The notes below the pieces were generated by a model. It searched no databases. It was not told the origin of the DNA and saw nothing but the letters and a program-made list of their open reading frames with translations. Both the position numbers and the translations under genes were made by a program. From Amoeboradix gromovi X-113 (Eukaryota; Fungi; Sanchytriomycota), in assembly GCA_018985225.1 (NCBI GenBank), contig JADGIF010000048.1:1-27162 (forward strand): a DNA stretch of 27,162 nt, given 5' to 3'. This document shows, in pieces, positions 20,101 to 27,162 of this stretch (the stretch's first letter is position 1; every line of letters begins with the position of its first letter).

Positions 20101-21022
20101 GTTTAGAAAATAATTGCAACAACTCTTTTGCGACACTATGGGACACCTTGATTCTCTATTATTCTTGAATTTCCAGCATGTAATTTAATAGTCTGTACAT
20201 TAAATAACTTAGAATACCCCTGGAACCATGCTGCAAAAACCGTATTTTCTGTTCTAATTCTATTAAAGTTTTCAAGACATTTTTACTCTTTTCTTTTTCT
20301 TTTTCTTCGTCTTCTTCATTTCATACCGAATCTTTGATTCTCTTGGCTTTTATGTTTATTGATAGTATAGTCTTTGGTAAACAATTTTTGTAATCTGGTA
20401 AAAATATCTTGACTGATTTTAAAAGATTTTCTTCAATGCAAAGTTCGTTCCGAAATAAGAGAAATTGGAGCACAATGTCATGGAGTCTAAGAATCGCGTT
20501 CTTATTCTGCTCTTGTTGAATTTTAATTTTTCTTTTGCCGGTTCTACGTTTACTATTTCTTTTTCAATTGTCTTCGACTTTTTCTTTTTTAGTTTCTTTG
20601 TATAACTTATTTTGTATTATCTTTAATAATTATTGTTTTCAAGATTTAGACGGTGTAAAGCTTGTAAGTTTTGCCAAGTTTATAAAATTTAGTGTTGTAG
20701 ATGTACTATACTAGTATTACAAATCAGTTTATTGAATTGAAATCAAAATTAACAAATAAAATAGGAAATGGGCGTTACGCTCGGCTAGTGATACCTTCAC
20801 TATCAAACTGCGTGAGCTCAAGCTCTAGAATCTAAACACGGCTAGATATAAGCGCAGAAGAGCCTTTTCTGAAGATTTGGATAGCGCGGAAATAATGAGT
20901 ATCTAGCATGGTGATGTATTTAACTGGCAAGAAAAAGATTGCTAGTAGCGAGTATTAGTCTAAACCATACCAGAGATGACGTGGAACATTTAAAAAAGTA
21001 GATATTCTACCCTAAGATATTT

Positions 21023-21504
21023 GGGAGACCAAATATAAAAACTAGACTAACTCGTTTTTAAAGGAGGTGCACCATGCGGACGAAATGCTATCATTAATAA
21101 AAGATCTTCTTCTATTATACCAGTTTTCTTTCATTGATTGTATTCCTCTTTTTAAAATATAACAAGACGACCCACTATCTCTTTCAAGTATGCAAGGTCG
21201 TTGAGCATCTAAGCAAAAGGTGCATTTTCTTAGACGGTACTCTTTCTTCATTTCATTTAATGTTATACTAACATCATTACTCTTATCTATTTCTTTGAAG
21301 TGTAATAGTGATATTTTATTTGAAATAAAGATTGGATGAAAGAGTAAGAGAATAGCTGTACAGAATATTTATTTTCCTTTTATACTCGTCAACTCCGCGA
21401 CTAGCTGAATGTCTACTCGCCTCTTAAATCTATAAAACTAATAAAGCTGAAATAATGTTCAAGTTGTTATAGAAAGTTAGTCCAGTTTTCATATTTGATG
21501 TCCC
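21023..21504 (-). mobile_element. Family B MITE, complete, TSD ATTT
   Basis: TIRs GGGAGACCAAATATAAAAACT... and ...AGTTTTCATATTTGATGTCCC. ATTT at 21019-21022 and 21505-21508. Colinear with 8560-9017. Confidence 0.92.
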
Positions 21505-21590
21505 ATTTGTTTAAATTAGTAATTATTGAGATATGAACAAATTTGTTGAGTACCGATGAGATCACTTTGTAATTGGAAGACCCATTATAA

Positions 21591-22042
21591 TACCTCGTTA
21601 AAAGTCCTAATTTCCGATAAAATCGAGAATTTCCGCAGAGAAACTAGCAATGCTAGATCTCCGTTATAGTGATTGCTCACGCTTTGACTACCCTGAGGCG
21701 GGATTAAATAAGGATGCAGATACTTGATGTATATGCTCCTTGCTGCCATGTGGTTCATGTCCACTTCCAAATGACACTATGTACATGGATAGCTCTCCAA
21801 ATTGGTTTTCTTTAGATTGCCACCTATTGTACATGGCATCGAATTTCCATGTTTGGACCAGTTCCTCAGTGTTGATGAATGTATGCTGTACCTGTTAATT
21901 ATTTATTTAGAATTGATTTACCGTTTGTGAAAAGGAGGAATATCGAGTGTTTAAGTTATTAGAAAAATCTGGAAAAGTCATGAAATCATACAAACATGCA
22001 TACAAATTCGCGATAAATGATATATTCAAGAAAACAATCGAG
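21591..22042 (-). mobile_element. Family A element (single Zn-ribbon unit)
   Basis: Minus strand HLEVDMNHMAARSIYIKYLHP. Conserved left end at 22042 and right end ...TTTAACGAGG at ~21593. Confidence 0.9.
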
Positions 22043-22054
22043 GTGTCCCGAAGC

Positions 22055-23026
22055 ATGACTTTCTCCATTTCAAACTTTCTTGGAATGTCTCATATCGATA
22101 GCTTACTAGAATGCTTCCATTTAGTAGCAAAAGAGCAAGCAGAGAAAGATTCTATAATCCATAGAGGCATAACATGCAATAACTGCGGTGCTTCTCCGGT
22201 TAAAGGAATTCGGTACAAATGCATGAACTGTGAAGATTATGATATATGCTCAAATTGTTTATTGATGGACACTCACAATCCAAATCATATTTTTGGCAGA
22301 ATAACTATTCCAATTCCTCCTTTAATAAACCCTCGTACCTCACTCATGCGTCCATTTTATCAGGGAGGCAACAACAAAGTGCTAGAACAAGATTTAGTAG
22401 AGCTGTCATACTCGACTGAATTTTCATATTTAGAAGTCAAGAGCTTGTCCAAGCAATTCATGTCCCTCGCAGTAGATAACTTCATAACCGAAGAAATATT
22501 TATGAGTTCTGTAGGACCATTCGGGCTTGAAAAGAACTTGCTTGTTAGTCGCTTATTTGAATCCTGGGACAACGATAAGGATGAAAAACTGAATTTCAAT
22601 GAATTCGTTCAAGGATTGTCCATTCTGGTAAGAGGAAACTTAATTCAGAAATCGAGAATGTGTTTTGACGCATTCGATGTTGATGAGGATGGCTTCATCT
22701 CAAAACAGGACATGTCATCAATGGTTAGAAGTTATGTAAAGTTATCACAAACTATGGTTAGAGATGTATTACATGGTATGCATTCTGAGCTGGATGATAA
22801 CGAACTTGGTACGGATAAGCCTATTAGTAGCTTGTTCAACGCTGCAATACCGAAGTCTCTAAGCCCGATCTCACCGCCTATAGATTTGATCAGTCAGTCA
22901 GCAACCGATGAGATTCTAGATAGAGTCTTTGTGAATGACATAATAACTTACGAAGAGTTTTACCAAATATTGCAAAAAGATGGGACGTTTTTGAACTGGT
23001 TTGAAAGTCTCGGAAGCGTATTTTAG
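22055..23026 (+). CDS. ZZ-type zinc finger / EF-hand protein
   Basis: HRGITCNNC...PVKGIRYKCMNCEDYDICSNC...H...H ZZ domain; EF-hands DNDKDEKLNFNEF and DVDEDGFISKQD. The first 36 codons of the track ORF (21947) are mostly element sequence, so the start is set at ATG 22055 (or 22085). Confidence 0.88.
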   Translation: MTFSISNFLGMSHIDSLLECFHLVAKEQAEKDSIIHRGITCNNCGASPVKGIRYKCMNCEDYDICSNCLLMDTHNPNHIFGRITIPIPPLINPRTSLMRPFYQGGNNKVLEQDLVELSYSTEFSYLEVKSLSKQFMSLAVDNFITEEIFMSSVGPFGLEKNLLVSRLFESWDNDKDEKLNFNEFVQGLSILVRGNLIQKSRMCFDAFDVDEDGFISKQDMSSMVRSYVKLSQTMVRDVLHGMHSELDDNELGTDKPISSLFNAAIPKSLSPISPPIDLISQSATDEILDRVFVNDIITYEEFYQILQKDGTFLNWFESLGSVF

Positions 23027-23228
23027 GTAATAAATTTTTTAATACAGTTCGAGTTGGATTACAAATTGTTAATCACATTTTCACACATTTAAACCTATGA
23101 ACCTCACGTATTTACAATCGGCAAAAATAGTATCACAGATTGCGTAATAAAATTTGAAATTTCAGATCCGGTGGATGTGTAATTACTAATTTTTTTCTAT
23201 AAATAGTAGGATAGGCAAGCGTTTCTTA

Positions 23229-25109
23229 ATGTTGCTCATAACTGCAGTTATATTTTCAGTAATAAGTGATTTTGTTTCGCCAAGAAAATTAAATAAGAGG
23301 GAGAAGAGAAAGGCCATTCAAATTAGTGATGATTTGGACCAATTTTCCGATACTGAAGAGACTTACCGAAAAGAAGGAAAAAAGCAGAAAATGTACAATA
23401 ACAGTAAATACAAGAGTGTGACAATCATGGATATTCAAGGAGATCGTCATTTAAGTCCATATGAAAACAAATTCGTTAGAACTCAAGGCGTTGTGACGCA
23501 AGTTCTTGGGTTGAAAGTATGGAATGGATTCTTTATGCAAATGATTCCGGAACAACAGCCTACTGGTTCTGTCAGAGGGGCAAGAAGTTCTGGAATATTT
23601 GTGAAATGCGCTGACAAAGAGGTGGAACAGGGGGAAGTGGTTGAAATAGAGGGATATGTGTTTGAAATGCATCTTAGACACTTTTTCGAAGTAGGTGAAT
23701 CAGGTCTCACCATGACTAGTATGTCTGCTCATACTATTAGACATTTGGGAACTTCCCAACTTGTATCTACTGACGCATTTACTGCAGGCATGCCTACATC
23801 AGTTGTGTACCTCAATAACCCATACAAATCAGAGAATGTATCATTATCAGCATTAGGATTAGACCGTGGAATGGATTATTGGGAATCGCTAGAAGGAATG
23901 TATGTTCGTATCAGGAATCCAGTAGTATCACAAGCCATGAAATATGGGAGTATATATGTTTATGGAAAAGACTTTGCAACAAATGTTAACCAAGAAGGAG
24001 GGCTAACATTGGTTGAAGAGGATGGAGTTTTAGATATGCAGCCTGAGAGCATTGCTATTTTTACAAAGGAGTTAAAACGTGGTTCTCTGAGTAATTTTAG
24101 AATCGGAGACGAGCTGAAAGATATTTTGGGAACAGTTATTTATGAGCGCGGCACTTACGGCATATACGTTGATGGAACTGTTCAGTTAAAGAATAGAAAA
24201 TCTCATGCACTAACGAAGTTAGGGAATACCAAGAATTTGAGAATCGCCAGTTATAACGTGCTAAATTTACATTTCAAGAGCAAGCACATTAATAAAATAG
24301 CATCCCATATTGTTAATAATCTGAAGTCTCCGTCAATATTAGGTCTAATTGAGTTAGTCGATGATATACCACACTCTGGTCAGTCGGACAGGTTGCTGAA
24401 ATATATTTGCGACTATGTTTTTGATGAGAGTGGAGTCAATTATGGATATACATACATAAAGCCAGAGGATCAAACTGATGGTGGAAAACCTGGTAACAAC
24501 ATCAAGCAAGCTATTTTATACGATCTAGATCTTTTTGAGGATGTACCCACTCGTGGAGACAGCCTGGATACCTGCAACGAAGAATTTACAGTCAATCCAT
24601 GTAGAATAGATCCTAGTAACGAAGCCTTTCATGAGGCTAGGAAACCGTTGGTCGCTCGGCTGGTATTTAGAGAAAACAAAAAAGCCATCACTGTCATATT
24701 GAATCATTTTAAATCGCTAATCGGTTCCACTCCAATGTACGGAAGATACCAGCCGCCTGTGTTCGGGTCGACAGATCGCAGACAAAGGCAAGCTAAGGCT
24801 GTAGTCCAGTTTATAAGCAACTTAAGTGGAGATGTGGTTTGTATGGGAGATTTCAATGATTTGCAGTTCTCAAGGAGTTATGAGATTGTAAGCGAAGCTT
24901 TAGAAGATGTACACGGGTGGCTTGAAGACCAAGAAAAATACAGTTATATTTATACGGGGCAATCGCAAAAGCTTGATTACATGTTTGCTAGTGAATCTAT
25001 GATGGAAAAGTTACAGACTAGCGGAATATTGCACTTAAACACTATATTTCCAGAGAAGGAGCAAACTAGTGACCATGACCCCATATATGCGGAATTTGCA
25101 ATGAGCTAA
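23229..25109 (+). CDS. Secreted endonuclease/exonuclease/phosphatase-family nuclease with N-terminal OB fold (ExeM/NucH/YhcR-like)
   Basis: TIMDIQG...SP, GVVT, GFFMQ, YWESLEGM, IASYNVLNL, DGGKPG.NI, RKPL, NHFKS, GDFND, YSY and SDHDP. Confidence 0.9.
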   Translation: MLLITAVIFSVISDFVSPRKLNKREKRKAIQISDDLDQFSDTEETYRKEGKKQKMYNNSKYKSVTIMDIQGDRHLSPYENKFVRTQGVVTQVLGLKVWNGFFMQMIPEQQPTGSVRGARSSGIFVKCADKEVEQGEVVEIEGYVFEMHLRHFFEVGESGLTMTSMSAHTIRHLGTSQLVSTDAFTAGMPTSVVYLNNPYKSENVSLSALGLDRGMDYWESLEGMYVRIRNPVVSQAMKYGSIYVYGKDFATNVNQEGGLTLVEEDGVLDMQPESIAIFTKELKRGSLSNFRIGDELKDILGTVIYERGTYGIYVDGTVQLKNRKSHALTKLGNTKNLRIASYNVLNLHFKSKHINKIASHIVNNLKSPSILGLIELVDDIPHSGQSDRLLKYICDYVFDESGVNYGYTYIKPEDQTDGGKPGNNIKQAILYDLDLFEDVPTRGDSLDTCNEEFTVNPCRIDPSNEAFHEARKPLVARLVFRENKKAITVILNHFKSLIGSTPMYGRYQPPVFGSTDRRQRQAKAVVQFISNLSGDVVCMGDFNDLQFSRSYEIVSEALEDVHGWLEDQEKYSYIYTGQSQKLDYMFASESMMEKLQTSGILHLNTIFPEKEQTSDHDPIYAEFAMS

Positions 25110-25123
25110 TAAATAGTCTTTAT

Positions 25124-25489
25124 TTAATTTATTAGAATGCCAGCGATCAAAATAAATGAGCTTATTGAGCAGCGGTTGCTGGATGATTTTTGTTGAACTT
25201 TTGTGTTATCCACTGATTTACCAATGTCTTGCTGGTTGTTTTCGGCCAACTCTTGCAACTGCTTAAGAACCTCGCTGTTATCTAGTTTAGGGGTAGAATT
25301 AGGCTGATTTAACTGGCTAAAATTAAAATTTTGGTCCTCGGGAATAGTAGGTACCGGAAGCGTAAACGATGGCCCAGTCCAAGTAGTTTGAGCAGCCTCG
25401 AGCATTTTGCAGTAGTATTCACTGAGCTGTCCAATAGTGTTAGGACCGCACTGACGAGATTGTGCTTGGACAGTAAGAAAGGAGATCAT
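25124..25489 (-). CDS. Small secreted, possibly GPI-anchored protein
   Basis: ATG ORF with short signal-like start, Ser-rich SSSN followed by a hydrophobic C-terminus. Stop overlaps AATAAA. Confidence 0.6.
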   Translation of the reverse strand: MISFLTVQAQSRQCGPNTIGQLSEYYCKMLEAAQTTWTGPSFTLPVPTIPEDQNFNFSQLNQPNSTPKLDNSEVLKQLQELAENNQQDIGKSVDNTKVQQKSSSNRCSISSFILIAGILIN

Positions 25490-25559
25490 AATAGTTGCCT
25501 TAATGGAAAGATATTAATATAGCTCAAAACCACATGATTGGGTCAACTATCTGAAAATA

Positions 25560-26163
25560 CCTGTTAACCCTAAGAGCAACAACAGGGATAAAGATTTGAG
25601 ATTTCATGTGATATGCGGCACACTATACAGACATCTAGACAAACGTTCTAAAACTGATATTACAGGTTGGCTGCCCAAGTTGAAATTCCATGTTCTTTGG
25701 CTCGCACTGTATATGAAAACTCGTTTTAACTAATTTCTCTTTATTACCAGTCAATTCTAGCACCGCAGCTTATTAGACTTTTTATGAATTGAAAATTGTT
25801 GATACCTGCATTTACATATCGATCTTTGGCCGCATCACAGTAAACCGCTTTATGCCTTTATATTGTGACCATTACATGGCAGCTGCAATAATATTTGCAT
25901 GCTCTGAACCTTAGAAGAAGCAAAAGCAGTGTCTTTCTGCAAATCATATACACTGGTCACTTTTTTAATACACTGGCAATTTGACCAATTGTAATGTTTT
26001 TGTTCACGGTAGTGATGATTCTAGCTTAGTGTGATAACCCCATAACAGCATAGTCTTGTACACCAGTTTGGTGGTGTTTTTGAGATCTACGTGGTGTCTC
26101 TTTTTCTTGATATTCACTTTACTCTCCTCATATCTACTTTTTTGTTGCGCTTGTTGCAAATGT
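25560..26163 (-). mobile_element. Family C putative TnpB/Fanzor-derived non-autonomous element (right boundary approximate)
   Basis: Its first 77 nt (26163-26087) recur identically at 27086-27162. Minus strand reads CDAAKDRYVNAGIN (DRYVNAGIN at 25798-25824), one change from RuvC-III DRDVNAxxN. Confidence 0.6.
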
Positions 26164-26176
26164 TTTTTAAAACAAA

Positions 26177-26737
26177 ATGTTCATTACTTGTATAGGTGAT
26201 TCCCTAACACAATTCGGAATAAGGCAAAATGGTTGGATGTCTTTGTTGAATAGTCACTTTGAAAGGGTGTCGCAACTTATTTCATTTGGATACTCTGGTT
26301 ATAATACAAGGTGGATTTTACGCTATCTCTCTGAGATACTGACAATTCCAAGCAAAGTTTTCATTGTTTGGCTAGGCACGAACGATTGCTGCACTACAAC
26401 AAGTCAATTTGTTGAAGTAATAGAATATCAGAATAACATCTCATCAATTCTAGGTAAGATCAAGCAATACTCACCTGAGTCTACAGTTATTTTGCTTTCT
26501 CCAATCCCTACCACTAGACCAGAAAGATGCTTGGCAATTGAATATGCCGAAGCGCTGTACGCTTTTGAATCAGCTGCGCTTTTAATAGATCTCTTTAAGT
26601 ACAATTGGACTCCTGAGGACTTTACAGATGGGCTGCATTTGAGTAACTCGGGAAATTTGAAGATTTTTAAAATACTAAAAGACGTATTGAGCGTGCACTC
26701 TGATCAGGCGCTACCTGATTGGAAAAATATGGATTAA
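26177..26737 (+). CDS. IAH1: SGNH/GDSL hydrolase, isoamyl-acetate esterase IAH1-like
   Basis: GDSLT, GYSGYNTRW, LGTND, DGLHL and terminal LPDW. Confidence 0.88.
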   Translation: MFITCIGDSLTQFGIRQNGWMSLLNSHFERVSQLISFGYSGYNTRWILRYLSEILTIPSKVFIVWLGTNDCCTTTSQFVEVIEYQNNISSILGKIKQYSPESTVILLSPIPTTRPERCLAIEYAEALYAFESAALLIDLFKYNWTPEDFTDGLHLSNSGNLKIFKILKDVLSVHSDQALPDWKNMD

Positions 26738-26869
26738 TTGTCTTTAAGTCATGGAGGCCGTATTTAATAAATACAGTACTATGTAACTAATTTGATATTG
26801 CACTTTCAAGTAATCGCTAGAAATAAGACATTTCAGAGTCACTAAACAAGTGGATTAAATAAATGTGCG

Positions 26870-27055
26870 TTAATGTGATTTTATTTTAAAGCTTTCAAGA
26901 CAATTTCTACAAAGACAATGTGGCAGACATGCAAACCCGCAAATAGCGCAATGGGAGTGTTCTATGTTTTTGATTGCTTTATTAGAAGCCCTCATGCGCT
27001 TAACAGAATGTGACGATCTACGTTTTGGAGCTGCAAAAAGCAGTCTAGTAAACAT
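26870..27055 (-). CDS. MRPL32: Mitochondrial ribosomal protein bL32m
   Basis: AAPKRRSSHSVKRMR...CAICG...LPHCLCRNC. ATG at 27055. Confidence 0.88.
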   Translation of the reverse strand: MFTRLLFAAPKRRSSHSVKRMRASNKAIKNIEHSHCAICGFACLPHCLCRNCLESFKIKSH

Positions 27056-27085
27056 TGTATCTTCCCTGACTCCTACAATTTGAGC

Positions 27086-27162
27086 ACATTTGCAACAAGC
27101 GCAACAAAAAAGTAGATATGAGGAGAGTAAAGTGAATATCAAGAAAAAGAGACACCACGTAG
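27086..27162 (+). repeat. Left end of a second family C copy, truncated by window end
   Basis: 77/77 identical to the reverse complement of 26087-26163. Confidence 0.85.

Noticed and set aside
20765-21000. GC-richer segment with a small hairpin (TAGTGA-TACCT-TCACTA) as an ncRNA
   Set aside because: No recognisable tRNA, snRNA or snoRNA motifs; cannot be supported without a covariance search.
4512-22042. CRISPR array interpretation of the repeats
   Set aside because: Repeats are ~450-570 bp, dispersed, in both orientations and in a eukaryotic context, with no repeat-spacer periodicity.
21947-22054. Track start (GTG) of the ZZ/EF-hand ORF
   Set aside because: Lies within the family A element; a eukaryotic ATG start is available at 22055 or 22085.
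1-27162. Alternative genetic code (TAA/TAG read as Gln)
   Set aside because: Conserved genes are fully open in the standard code and end at TAA/TAG/TGA at the expected positions.

Overview
AT-rich, very gene-dense, almost intron-free eukaryotic DNA in the standard genetic code. The gene set (Mid1, NMD3, Ssl2/XPB, Hrd1, dynactin p150, ZZ/EF-hand protein, IAH1-like esterase, mitochondrial L32, TMEM256) points to an early-diverging fungus or close relative (inference). About 14 host genes are present; HRD1 appears to carry a 19-nt GT-AG intron, and many stop codons overlap or abut an AATAAA signal. The main unexplained structure is in the intergenic DNA, most of which is filled by internally deleted, non-autonomous elements carrying degraded C-terminal pieces of TnpB/Fanzor-type RNA-guided nucleases. 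I see at least four families. Family A has 5 near-complete copies plus 1 right-end-only copy, Fanzor2/IS607-like motifs (LSHY..FKEHLKFKC, CxxC..CxxC, DRDHMAARNI) and a conserved hairpin-rich right end. Family B is a ~460-480 bp MITE with GGG...CCC ~30-bp TIRs and 4-bp AAAT/ATTT TSDs, carrying Fanzor1-like VDEY and CxxC...RD remnants. Family C carries DR(Y)VNAGIN and its left end recurs identically at the window end. Family D comprises two mutually homologous Fanzor1-like pseudogene fragments (GMD[P]G, VICYGD..RKxHCSxP, IPEFRTSK, WxRD). No intact nuclease is in the window. The elements look like dispersed omegaRNA (guide) cassettes, mostly with their left ends 12-75 bp upstream of host start codons. 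All motif assignments were made by manual translation, not by database search.
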